DNA of 43,554 nucleotides from Caecitellus pseudoparvulus (taxonomy: Eukaryota > Protista > Bigyra: Bicosoecida), in the NCBI GenBank assembly GCA_965644315.1, contig CBFFRQ010000186.1, positions 1-43,554 on the forward strand, written 5' to 3'. The notes under the pieces were generated by a model. That model did no database searches. It saw nothing but the letters and a program-made list of their open reading frames with translations, and had not been told where the DNA came from. The stretch's first letter is position 1. The number at the start of each line of letters is the position of its first letter. A program made the translations under genes and the position numbers. Shown one piece after another: positions 1 to 10,912 of this stretch.

Positions 1-14
1 TCCCCAAGTCGCGC

Positions 15-416
15 TCAACGCCACACACGCACCTCGCAACCCATCAACACGCCCAGCGCCACCTCCACAGCTTGACCATCTGTCTCACTTGACTCCAGCG
101 CATCCACTGCGCCCGCCAGCCGCCTCTGGTCACTTCCGCTCAGGACTGCCCACCACGATACACCCTCCAACCGCGCCCGCCACACCCCGCCCCCCTCACC
201 ATACACATCCCTGCCCTGCCCACTACCTGTCACACTACACAGTGACAAGCGGGGGGTGAGCACCACCGTAAGGTGCGGCGCGGGCAGGACCGCCGGCACA
301 GCTGCTGGTGTGGCTGCGCCAACTTCCGCCCTGCCGCCACGCAGGCGCCGCCAGCGCGGCCGCCCTACAGCCTGGTATGCCCTCACAAGTCTGGTGGTGT
401 GCAACATGATTGGCAT
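15..416 (-). CDS. Possible small hypothetical protein
   Basis: 3' part of ORF 15..593, from the ATG at 416 (MPIMLHTTRL...). The C-terminal half reads protein-like (WWAVLSGSDQRRLAGAVDALESSETDGQAVEVALGVLMG), but no family is recognised. Confidence 0.2.
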   Translation of the reverse strand: MPIMLHTTRLVRAYQAVGRPRWRRLRGGRAEVGAATPAAVPAVLPAPHLTVVLTPRLSLCSVTGSGQGRDVYGEGGGVWRARLEGVSWWAVLSGSDQRRLAGAVDALESSETDGQAVEVALGVLMGCEVRVWR

Positions 417-1674
417 TGGAGTGACGTGTCGTGATCGCCACAGGGAATGGGGTGTATGAGCTGGAAGTAGTGTTGTGTCTGCAGGCACACACTGGCAGCG
501 AGTCACAGGTGAAACGCAAGGCCCTCCGTTTCTGTCCCCATCGGTACTCAAGCAAAGCTCGCTGTGGCGCCAAACTTCGAACCCCTTGCACAATCATAAA
601 TCAGTAGGCTTAAATTTTCACAGCTAAAGCTTGTGTCCGAGGCAAACCCTCGTTCCGCTCTTGACCCTTTCTTCGTCGCCTGCAAGACTGCCCAACCCCA
701 AGATGGTGTAAGAACGTCAAGAGTTCCACACAGAGGCATGATCCCATGGAAAACCAGAACATTACCTTCCTTGCATGCCAGCCAAAACCCAAACTCAAGC
801 TGGTTTTGCTTAGCAATTCTCAAATCTTGGGCTTGATGAATGGCGTAGCAAACGCCGGCACCCTTTGCGCGGCACCCGCTCTTCCAGGGCGGAAGGCATG
901 GCTGAAACCAACTCCCAAGGGAGGACAAATCCTTTCATGATCATGCAGCGTTGGCCCACGGTCCTCCTGCCACCACTTTTGCACAGCTAGCCACTAACGC
1001 CACACCTGCACATCTGCGGCAAACTTTCCCGACAACTGTTGGTCAGGGAGGAACCAAAACCTTCGTACCACACATCAATCGCCTTCTACATTCTCATGTA
1101 TGAATGACAGCAGCCAGCCCAACTTCGCGTCAGGGTCTCCAGAGCCGACGCCGCCGGCCATGGCAAACGATACCGATTTCCGCAGCACAGGTCGCAGCTT
1201 TCAAAAGCTCCCTGGCAACCTTTCACTCGGCAATGGCGCAAAGATGAACGCCAGCGTAATAAAAATACTAGACAGACTTGATGCTAGCTGCCCATGTCGC
1301 CCACCCCAACCTCTCTCGTCACCAGAGTGCAGAACCTTGCAGGCTGGTATAGCCCAACGAGAGTCCGCTGTTGTGAGGAGCGGCTTACAAAGGCATGGCT
1401 GTCGACGTTCCTGGACAGCAGCGGGAGTAAGCGTGTACGTTGGTTCGAGTCAACCACGCGGAGTTTCTTTGTTCGATTCGTTCCAATGGCGGTTCAGCCT
1501 CGATCAGGGCAGGGAATGCTTGCACGTCGCTACGGTTGCAACGCCAGCCAAGCCTGGCAAGCTGGTTGGCGGAGAGACAAGAAATCAAATCAATCCCTTG
1601 ATGTAACGATACACGCGACATGGGGTATACCTGGTTAGTTGCATTTGCAGCACTCCACACGGGCGTTTCTGCCC

Positions 1675-4600
1675 CTACTTTGCTGCCGACGGCGCAGGCA
1701 AAGGCAGGAAGTCGCCACCCATCATCACATGCACCAGCGGAGAGTCAAGGAACTCTGAGCATCCATCCAAATACTTTGTGTTGTCTTCAATGTTCCTGCA
1801 GGTGACATACAGCATGTGCACCCGCCACTCTGGCGAGCTGCCTTCCACCTTAGGCACTGCCGTCACCCTCAGCTTCTTGTCGGTGTTCTGCTCAGTGCCA
1901 TGCTCGTCGCCAATGCCACGTGCACCACCTGCAGGCAACTGTTCTGCCTTTACCCGCACATCTGCACCCAGCAGCTCCAGCCAGGCATTGGCGAGAGTCA
2001 AGCCCCCCTCCGTGCCCTGCCCACTCAGTGGGCCAGAGGTTGATGCGTCGCTGCCCTCGCCGCCCATGTGCGACATCTTCACGCTCCCATCTTTGAGCGA
2101 CTCGAGGTGGGACCCTTCTGAGAGCACCACCTGTGCAATGCCGCGCAAAGCAGCGGGCACACCCTCATACTCGGGCTTTTTGGATGCGTGGCGGTACAGG
2201 TCGAGGTGCGTCGCCGCCACAAATACTGCGTGTTTGCCCCCCTTTTCGTCGCAAAACACTTGCAAAGCATCCAATCCAAGGTTCTTGTCCAGCGGCTGAA
2301 CGACCCAGGCATCACCTGGATGCAAGTTGTGCAAGGATGTCAGCGAATCTGCAGGCATGAGGAAGCTCTTGCCTGTGACCTGGCTTGGTGGCACGCCGCT
2401 GGCCTGTGGTTTGTCCTCACCACCCTCATCCCATGCTGACATTCGCCCCATGTGCCCCAAACGGGGAGTCTTGCTGACTGATGCAGGTGAGACCACCTTC
2501 ATCAGCTCTGAGGCGCTTTCCTTGTTGGGATACTCCCAGGTATCCAACACCTCCTTGGGGACAAACGTTTGCCCCACGGCCAGCGCGCGGTGTCCACACG
2601 CACCAAGCGCCAGAAGCTCGGCCACTTCCTTCCCAATGTGCGTCTGCTGTGAAGGGTAGACTCCAATCTGCCAAGTATACTCATGGCGTCTTGGTCCCCT
2701 TCCCTTCCTGTCGAGCAGCAACCGCAGCACAGCATGCCTGGCGGCCAAGGACACAAACCTCGCATTTCCCCACAACCTCGTAAACTGCACGTCAAGGCGT
2801 GTCAACAAGGAGGCGTCCGCCAACCAATCAAGTTGGTGTTGAGTGTGAATATTCCACGTCACCGACGACAAAACTAGCCAGGAAAGCTCGTCAAGCTTGC
2901 CGCTCTCGCGAAGCTGCCGCTCGAGGGAGTCTTTCAGCTCATCAGACACTTGGTGGAATGTCGCCCACAAGGCTTGCTTGTGCCCTGTGTCCTGAACATT
3001 GCGGCGGTCTTGCAGGAGAATCCCTGGCATGGCGCTGTAGTACAGCAGCAATTCCTCAAGCTCGCGATCTGCTTGGCTTGTAGATGCGTCGGTCACCCCT
3101 TGGCGCTCTGCACCAGCCAGCGATGGCTCTGGACCTGCGCCACTGCCTGGCAGTGCTGCCATAGTCCCCGTTGCGGCTTGCCCCAGGTCGGCAAATACAT
3201 CCCAGAGCTGGCCCTTGATCGCGAGTCCTAGACTGGTGTCTGGGGAGCTTGTCACCACGTCCATAGTGCCTACTTTCATGTTGTGGTCCTCTGAATCGGG
3301 GCAAGGTTGCACATCCTCTGCCAAGCAACTGGGTTGTCCACCTCTCACCTGCTGGTCCAAATCATGCACTTCCTCCATCACCAACAGGCGGGGATTCTCG
3401 GCAGGCCCACTTTCAATCAAGCCCATTGATATGGCAAGCTCATTCATCGCAACCTTTGTCGACTGCCCGAAAGAGCTCTGTGTCGGCTGCATGTGCAGCC
3501 GCAGCTTCTCGCCAGAATGAGAGTCCCCAGGGCGCGTGCTCAGACCTTGCAGAAGCGGGTTTCCTTCACCACCAACATGTGCAAGGCCATCTCGTACATA
3601 CAGCACGTCAGCCCCTGCGCCCACAGCCGCGATGCTGGCCAGCGCCGCCAGGATGGTGCTGTTGCCGCACCCATGCACCCCGATCAGCCTGTGCCCTGGG
3701 CCTGTAGATACAAGCCTATCTGCAACCTGTGAAAGGAAAGATTTGTGCTCTTCCGTCCACTCAAGGCTCAGCGTGCGCACCGCCTCCCGTGGTAGCTGAT
3801 CCAGCGTGCCATCCGGGCGTGGCTGTACGGTAGGTAAGTGAATGAAGCCAGCGCTCTGTGGGCTCTTGTGTCAACGGAAGCAAGGATGGTGCAACCACGT
3901 CGTCCACCGCCGCACATATGCCATGCACTTGCTGGACATCTCCCGGTTTCAATCCTTCACGAGGAACGGGAAGAAAGAAACGCGTTGAAAATGACTCAAG
4001 CATGCCGTTCTGGTCAAACACGGGTTCCAGTCCAGCTGTGTCCACGGAACCATTTGGCGCGTATCCGCTGTCTGCAACGTCAGCTCCATCTTCAACTTCC
4101 CTGTAATACTTCCTCTGCAGCTCATCCTCGGCATGCGCAAACCACTGCAGCACGCCACGCTTGCCTTTCAGCATCGCTTTCCCCAGACCAAGCTGCCATC
4201 CAAGCACGTGCTGCACCGCCCGACGATGGCTGCCATCTGGCAAGAACTCCTGCCCAGTCGCACTGTCAAGCAACACCTCCCGCAGCGGCAGCACCACATT
4301 CGAGACACCCACGGAGGCCATTGCGGCAGCCCATGAAGCCTTCGCTTTGGCTTTGTCCTCGTCGGCAGCACGAGATGCGGCGTCCGCGGCAGCGCGAACA
4401 TCCGTCATCACACCCGAGAACAATAGCCTGCACCACATGCTCACGAAGTTCTGGCGTCAGGACCATGTAGGTTTCAATGAACTCCTTGTTGATGAGGAAA
4501 GAGGGTGCCAACACAAACTTTTCCATGTTCATCTTCACCTCCCGCGCTGCGGCCTTCCGGGCCTGCTCATCCAAGCCTTGCAGTAAAGCTGGCATTGAGG

Positions 4601-5113
4601 TCAAAGCGATTGCCAGCGCTGTGGCTGTCGTTGGGTTGGAACCCTGCGTCTCAAGCAAAGGTCAAGTGAGTCAGTGCACGCCGCAGCGAAACGCAAAGTG
4701 CAAATGCCACCACACGTAACACCTACCAGAGGCAGCTCAGAGGGTAGAAACTCCACGGCCTCGTCCAGCCCAAGATCACGCAAGGCAGTGTGCAGACCCC
4801 CAGGCATATAGCACAGACTCCTCTCCCATCGCCAGGAGCACAGTGTCAGGGCTTGGCAGCTTCGCTCTGCTGCTGAAGCACGCTACCCCCCGCCCGGCAA
4901 GGAGCCGCAAATATGTGCCACAGATACATACTCTCGTTGCGGTACACTGCCCATCATGGCTTCCCAGGGGTGCTCCACAGAGGAGGTGTACTCAAAGCAG
5001 GCGGTGGGCTTCGAAACGCCGGCAAACGAAACGCCACCACGCCAACTGCGCTGCACGGCGCCCCTGAGTGCCCTGCGGAACGCAGGTGCTGCTGAGCGAG
5101 ACGAAGACAACAT
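1675..5113 (-). CDS. Crinkler/RHS (CR)-like P-loop NTPase + restriction-endonuclease-like protein, ~1,100 aa, degenerate motifs; 1 intron and 4 apparent frameshifts (assembly errors or pseudogene)
   Basis: Joined from ORFs 4883..5509 (from ATG 5113), 4601..4807, 4266..4658, 3761..4444 and 1675..3780. Phase-0 GT-AG intron at 4726-4644. Shifts at C6 4886-4891, C5 4797-4801, C3 4413-4415 and ~3800-3870. Motifs: RLIGVHGCGNSTILAAL...VLYVRD (Walker A-like), LLVMEEVHDL (Walker B-like), VVTSSP, YSAMPGIL, FVSLAARH, and C-terminal GKEVAE...QPLDKNLGLDAL...FVAATH. Confidence 0.55.
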
Positions 5114-5547
5114 GATTGAGGGACAATGCCAGGCAAATTGGGCACGGCGCTCAGGATCTGGACGCAAGCGTGCAGTTGGTATGGGACTTGCGCAGGCAGG
5201 CAGCTTCTCCAAATCACTTCGAAGAAACTGCAAAGCCTTACGCAGCTCAGGGGTGAGCTTGCCTGCGTCGCTTGTGGGATTGTTTTGTGCTAGCTTGCTG
5301 CTTTGTGACAAGGAAAGGCCAGTCGCGGGCATGAGAATTGTGCTGAGGTGCACAGTGCTCGCCTGAGTTTTGGTCCGGCGGTGGTGCCAAGCATGCGCGC
5401 AAAGCACTCTGTGGTTTCCCGGCCAAGACCCCCTGCTTAGCCCTGTGCAGCTTGATACAAATAGGGAGTGCATGTTGCTCAGTATCCCGATTCTGCAAGT
5501 GACCAGCACTGGCGTGGAGCCTCCACCAGTGACATGTCAACAGTGTT

Positions 5548-8500
5548 TCAAGCCGTATCACTGAAGGTAGACAGGTCTGACTTGACACGGTGTGGAAACA
5601 TGTGTGAGGACAAATTTGGCAGCCCTCCAGCTGCCTCTAGCATTTTCGTGTCTCCCGCAGCTTCAATGGCCGCCGGCACTGTCATACAGGAAAGAAGGGC
5701 GAGATAGGCAGAGACAGAGCGGCGGTATCCAAGGGTACAGCACCACATACCCCAATGAGGCAAGGATGAGTGGTAGGTCATGGACGGGTGCTCGTCTACA
5801 AACACCTGCAGCCATTCATAGACTGCCATCGTTTGGGACTGTATGGACGATGTGATGAGGACCAAGAGCAGCCCCACGGCCAAGAGCAACGGCAAGGCGA
5901 AGAAAGCTGCCGAGGTATACAGTGTGACCTGTGGCAGTGTTGAGTGAGCAGGGCTCGCATCAGATTCCACCAGCGCAGACCACGCTGCCAGCCAGAGCCC
6001 AAGGGTGACAGCACTTTCTAGCGTATTTAGAGCGGAGCTGCGGTACGGCTTGAGCGCTCGCTGCACCAAGAACGAGGCTGTAAGCAGGAGCAGCAAAGCT
6101 GCAAGCTGACTCCGAGCGCCCCGAACAAGGAAGACAGCGGCAACCAGAAACGTGCGCTGAGGGAGTACCGCGAGCAGCTCCCATGCCAAGCAGCTGGGCT
6201 TGGTGTGCTTGCCGTCCCGCGCCATGATCTCATGGCGCTGTGCGTGGGGCGCTCTCAGGCCTGCAAGGAGCGTCCCGGTGCGCATTCGACTCCACTCCAC
6301 ATGCTGCAGTCGCTGCGCCTTGGATGGGTAGCACACCACGCAACAGGGGATGAGTACCATGACAAGGAACCCCAGCCCAGCTGCGGTCCCGAGTGCAGCA
6401 GTGAAGAGAGCTTGTAAGGAGCCCGAGCCTGTATCCCCTCGCAGGAGATGCACGGACAACTCGGGCACCCAGATTACATCTAGCACCTGCAGGAATACGA
6501 TGCAGAACGACGGATACGCAAACAAGCCATACAGCACAATTACATGAAACCATGCAAACCCACGCCGGCCGGGAGTTACTTTGGGCTTTGCTGGCTCAAC
6601 CAGCGCCGCAGGCCTCCAGTTCTTTGTAGCGCTTGTGTCGTCCAGGTCAACGGCAGTGCGGTCATGAACAGGCCTAGCCCAGTGTTCAGCTTCGTCATCT
6701 GGCTCCACGACATCAACTGCGTCAACAACGATGGTGCTGGCATCATCAAAGAACTCGTCATCCACTGAGGCCTCACCATGCTGCTCTGTAGGTGGCTGCA
6801 CACTGTCATGCTGCACCTGTGTTTCCTGCTCAGGGCCCGTGTTCACCACGCTTGGGGTGACAACTGCATGCTCTTGTTGGGATGCCAGCTCTGGTAGTGA
6901 AGCTACAGCCGTTGCACGTGGACCAGGCGGGTGGCTGTGCAGCTCCCCGAGACGTGGGATGCCAGGTGCCCGCTTGGCATTCAGATCGCGCACTGCCTGC
7001 TGCACGTGCTGCTCAATCCGCGCAAGGGCGTTGGAGGCGTACTGTGCTCCAGGCTGAGGCTTCCTCCTCGGGCAACAGGTAGTGCAGCCGAGCACCCCAA
7101 GTAAAAGCACCACCTGCAATGCCACCGCTGCAAGTCTATGATATGGAGAGGTCATCGACCACGCACACTGGGAAGGGATCGAAATGAAGCCAGGGGACAT
7201 GGAAACGGTGGCAAGCCAGTCAAGAATGAACGGCCACGCGGTGGGCGGCGGTGTTGAAAGCTGCGACAGGACCCAATTCATCTGGCACCAGCCAGTCATT
7301 ATCCTGAACAAAGCCACCAGTATCGATGTCTCCTTGGGCGCCCGATTGCTTCGCACGACGAGGAAAACTATGACCAGCACTGGAACGAAGGCTCCAGTAA
7401 GGCTGAGGACCAGAGCTTGTGCCCATGGGGGGCACTTGCGGCACTGCGCAGCTGCACTCTGCCGAGCCCAGCCGTGGAGGCACTCCCCACATAGGACACC
7501 TCTGTGGCCTTCCAGGCAGGTCATGTTTGCACTGTTTGGCACCGTGATACATGCCTCCCTGGGCCAGCACTGTTGAAACCTCTGTAGAGGCTCCGCGTCG
7601 GATCCAGCCTGAGATTCCTCTTCCTGGAAAGCGGGCGACAGCGCAGACCTGTGTGCTTGCAGGTCCAAAATCCGCTGACCAAGCTCAAGGTCTGAGGGGC
7701 GACTTGCCGTTTGCGTGGCAAACTCAGCGGTCCAAAATCCACTCTGCACTCGGAGATGGCCGGCGACACACGCGCCGCCCTGCGTCGCACACGCTCTGCA
7801 GCTGGCAGCTCCAGGAAGGGAAAAAGTGCCACGGGGGCAAAGCGAGCAGGTTGGCCCAGCCCCATATGCTTGCACAGCAAATGACCCTGCAAGGCACTGG
7901 CGACAGTCCCCTGGGGAGAGACCCTCTTTGGAAGCATCAGCTCCGGGAGACACTCCCCACCCAGGCAAGCACGTGCAGCCAAGAGAGCTCTCAGACGGGG
8001 CAAGGCCGGCGCCGGAACAGTTTTGAGGGACAGCTGCGAGCTGGGTGATCCCCAGCCCTTGCTGCAGTGGGGCTCCGCGAAGCACCGGCATGGCAAGAAA
8101 CATAGTGGGCTCTGTCTGCTCTGCAAACACTCGCCACCTGGTAGACTGTAGGAGCACATCAGCTGCCACACTTCCTCGAACTGCAGAGCCAGGCGGGAGG
8201 TACAGCCGCAACTCTGAACCAGGATCCATGCCTGTTCGGGAAAGTGCTGCACCGATGCTGTCCCTTTCACGAACGAGGAGCGAGTACTGCTGCTCAAGCC
8301 CGCTGTAAACCGCCAGGCGTTGCAGCGGCGCCGGGCAAGTACTTGCTGGCCCTCGTGCATCGCACAAATTCCCTTGCACTGTAACGTTTGACAGACCACT
8401 TGATGGGAGCCCTTGTTCCACCTGCACAGACAGCTCAGCCCTGCTCTGCATCTCACTCGCAGAGCCCTCCACGTTCAGCACAGCCTTCTCTTGCACGACT

Positions 8501-10284
8501 CCACAGAGAATATTCAAAGAGGAGTCGGCCGCTTCACATGGCTCGCGGGTATGCTGAGCACTGACTGACACCCAGGCCTGTGATTGGGGCCGCTGGAGCA
8601 GTTGGGGGCTCGTGTGCACAGCGAGCCAAGCCGAGTTGCGGAGCTGCAAGCCGGCGACGTAACTTGCCAAGACAGGAAAGACAGCCAAGCTTGTCGTCCC
8701 AGGTCGGCCTTCCCTGATTCGTAATTGTGAGGACGGCAACACTGCAACTGCAGCCACAGTGCGCACTGTCAAGTGCACTATCTGCGACACGACGCTGGTG
8801 GCCGCAGCGCCCTCAGCGGGCCAACTTCGAACATGGAAGCTGGCCAGGAAGTCGGCCGCGACACTGGAACTCGCAAGGGAGGCTTCCATGTGGATCACGA
8901 GGCGTACACCTTGGCCTGGGAGCAGCTGGCCTGTTAGGCCGACGGAAGTGGACAGGTCGCCAACTGATGTGGCGATGTGTCGTAGCAGGCCCGTAGCTGC
9001 TGCGGAGGCAACCCCCCCAGGGACTGCACACCGCAGACCAGGCACACACACTGCAACCCAGGGAACGGGGGTTGGGATACTTGAGGTCAATGCCCAAGAT
9101 GTGACCGCCGGGCCATCATTGCGCAGAAGGTGGTCAATGCTCCTGTTCAAGCCAAGCGGGACGTGCCACAAAGACGCTGTCTGAAACGTTTGCAGCCCCC
9201 TCTGCACCACGGTAACTTGAAAGGGGACGACGACGAGTTCTGAACTTGCACTAGCCGCATGGCTTTGCAAGGAAACGTTGCCGGAGAGGGGCACGCCGTG
9301 GAGCAGCAGAGTGCCACGGTGCGTTCCTGGCCGCAAAGCTGCAGCTGAAAACGACACAGTCGCAATGACAAGGTTGTAAGGGGCAGAAAAATAACGGTTC
9401 TGGCCCAATGACGCCGTGAACCATGTGGATACTGTCGGCGTCGTGGCCAGAGACACGCCTTGCAGGCGTGGTGCTTGTAGCTGCACCACTACTTCTTGCT
9501 TGGCAGCGCAAGCAACGGCGTCGTATGCTGGGCACGAAAACTCCACACGGTGTGGGTACACGCCCAGCACTGTTGTGCTGCCCAACTTCTCAGCTTCACA
9601 AGCCGCAGGAGAGAGGCTGCTGCAGTTGGAGCTTCCGAGCGGCAAATCCAGCCCGCTGCTCGGCACCGCTCTTGCCGGCACCTCCAGCCCCGCATGCACT
9701 TGCAGGGGCACAAAGCCCCTGAGTATGGGATGCGTTGCGTTTCCCAACGTAACCACAAGCCCGATGGTCTGCTGCGCGGGCACTGCGGGAACGCCTGCTT
9801 GGGCAGCAGCCCCAAGTTGCATCACGAGCTGCCCCTCCAAGCAGCCTGACAAGCGCACAGCATGGAGACGGACAGACCACCACAGACCAAGGTCTTGGCA
9901 GGGAGCCCAACCAGTGTGCGATGCCCCTGTGCATGCAACGTCTACATGCCGGGCTTCGCCCAGCAGCGACAAGGGCACGTGAAAGTGTGCTGGGTTGCCG
10001 ACGAGAGTGCCGTCACGGGCTGTGGGAAGAAGCAAGGCCGCTGGCAACCGCGGCATGACAACCATGGACCCTTTCCAATCCACAGCTTGTGTTCCGTTTG
10101 CATCTCGCCAGCAAGGGCTCCCGTGTGATGCGTTGGCTGGGATGACGTGTGCGCAGGTGCAGGTATCGCGTTGGGCCACTGAAAAGCCAGCACACGGAAG
10201 GGCAGCTAAATTGAATACGAAACCCAAGACAAACACCCACACGTGTACAGGCTTGGCTGAGGACCGCTGCTTGGTTGACTTCAT
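5548..10284 (-). CDS. Large secretory-pathway multi-pass membrane protein: beta-rich/Ig-like ectodomain, ephrin-receptor-like/TNFR-like Cys-rich repeats, C-terminal multi-TM (GPCR/TRP-C-like) region
   Basis: Uninterrupted ORF 5548..10521. Likely start is ATG 10284 (MKSTKQ...VWVFVLGFVFNLAALPCAG signal peptide). Cys motifs CTCLPGW, CRQCLAGSF, CSLCPRGTFS...CRAC, CLEGHRGVLCGECLHGW..CRKCP, then several hydrophobic helices and the LKPYRSSALNTLE motif typical of this protist family. Confidence 0.8.
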   Translation of the reverse strand: MKSTKQRSSAKPVHVWVFVLGFVFNLAALPCAGFSVAQRDTCTCAHVIPANASHGSPCWRDANGTQAVDWKGSMVVMPRLPAALLLPTARDGTLVGNPAHFHVPLSLLGEARHVDVACTGASHTGWAPCQDLGLWWSVRLHAVRLSGCLEGQLVMQLGAAAQAGVPAVPAQQTIGLVVTLGNATHPILRGFVPLQVHAGLEVPARAVPSSGLDLPLGSSNCSSLSPAACEAEKLGSTTVLGVYPHRVEFSCPAYDAVACAAKQEVVVQLQAPRLQGVSLATTPTVSTWFTASLGQNRYFSAPYNLVIATVSFSAAALRPGTHRGTLLLHGVPLSGNVSLQSHAASASSELVVVPFQVTVVQRGLQTFQTASLWHVPLGLNRSIDHLLRNDGPAVTSWALTSSIPTPVPWVAVCVPGLRCAVPGGVASAAATGLLRHIATSVGDLSTSVGLTGQLLPGQGVRLVIHMEASLASSSVAADFLASFHVRSWPAEGAAATSVVSQIVHLTVRTVAAVAVLPSSQLRIREGRPGTTSLAVFPVLASYVAGLQLRNSAWLAVHTSPQLLQRPQSQAWVSVSAQHTREPCEAADSSLNILCGVVQEKAVLNVEGSASEMQSRAELSVQVEQGLPSSGLSNVTVQGNLCDARGPASTCPAPLQRLAVYSGLEQQYSLLVRERDSIGAALSRTGMDPGSELRLYLPPGSAVRGSVAADVLLQSTRWRVFAEQTEPTMFLAMPVLRGAPLQQGLGITQLAAVPQNCSGAGLAPSESSLGCTCLPGWGVSPGADASKEGLSPGDCRQCLAGSFAVQAYGAGPTCSLCPRGTFSLPGAASCRACATQGGACVAGHLRVQSGFWTAEFATQTASRPSDLELGQRILDLQAHRSALSPAFQEEESQAGSDAEPLQRFQQCWPREACITVPNSANMTCLEGHRGVLCGECLHGWARQSAAAQCRKCPPWAQALVLSLTGAFVPVLVIVFLVVRSNRAPKETSILVALFRIMTGWCQMNWVLSQLSTPPPTAWPFILDWLATVSMSPGFISIPSQCAWSMTSPYHRLAAVALQVVLLLGVLGCTTCCPRRKPQPGAQYASNALARIEQHVQQAVRDLNAKRAPGIPRLGELHSHPPGPRATAVASLPELASQQEHAVVTPSVVNTGPEQETQVQHDSVQPPTEQHGEASVDDEFFDDASTIVVDAVDVVEPDDEAEHWARPVHDRTAVDLDDTSATKNWRPAALVEPAKPKVTPGRRGFAWFHVIVLYGLFAYPSFCIVFLQVLDVIWVPELSVHLLRGDTGSGSLQALFTAALGTAAGLGFLVMVLIPCCVVCYPSKAQRLQHVEWSRMRTGTLLAGLRAPHAQRHEIMARDGKHTKPSCLAWELLAVLPQRTFLVAAVFLVRGARSQLAALLLLLTASFLVQRALKPYRSSALNTLESAVTLGLWLAAWSALVESDASPAHSTLPQVTLYTSAAFFALPLLLAVGLLLVLITSSIQSQTMAVYEWLQVFVDEHPSMTYHSSLPHWGMWCCTLGYRRSVSAYLALLSCMTVPAAIEAAGDTKMLEAAGGLPNLSSHMFPHRVKSDLSTFSDTA

Positions 10285-10912
10285 CGCGCTGCAGCTTCTG
10301 TGTGGGCTGTGGCTGCTGCAAGCGTCCTGGCGATGCGAGGCGTAACCGCGCCGAAACGCCAGCGACACCCGCCTGCACCGACGTGGCGCTGCGCCTCTGG
10401 CGGAGCGCCACCTGATGCTAAATCCAGGGAAACAGCAAGGGAGTGTGTCAGCTGTCCCCGGGCCAGAGTCAGGATCGCAGGGCTGGCACGCGGAGCAACA
10501 CGCGTGTCTGGTGTCGAGCACCTCGGCAAGTCGCGAAGCCCCGGTGAGAGTATGTGTTGTCAGCCCACACTGCGGGAACCATCACATGCTGGAACAAGCG
10601 TCCTGCATACTTGAGGTAACTTTGTCATGCCGTGATTATTTCGATTGTGCTTCTTCGTTGGAGCCGGCGCCGGGCAGAGCTTGGCGACGATGAATGCCAC
10701 ACCCGCTGCTCGCTGTGGTAAGGGTGGGCAGTCCACAGTGGCAAACCAGACAACCAGCTTGATTTTTGCAGCATGTGATTCAACTGATAGGCGGTGTGCT
10801 GTGCAGGCAACAGAGGCGCACGTGTCATTCACCAACGACGCTGCCGGGGGACCAAGTCGGAGAACCAGGATCAGCCTCATCTTCGGAGCCTGGAGCAAGG
10901 CCAAGGTAACGC

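Noticed and set aside
1400-1465. GGTTCGAGTC T-loop-like sequence suggesting a tRNA
   Set aside because: No canonical 5-bp T-stem, D-arm or acceptor stem could be built.
1675-5113. Intact transposon or endogenous virus (Polinton/virophage) around the NTPase gene
   Set aside because: I found no terminal repeats, target-site duplications, integrase, polymerase or capsid genes, and the gene has a host-type intron.
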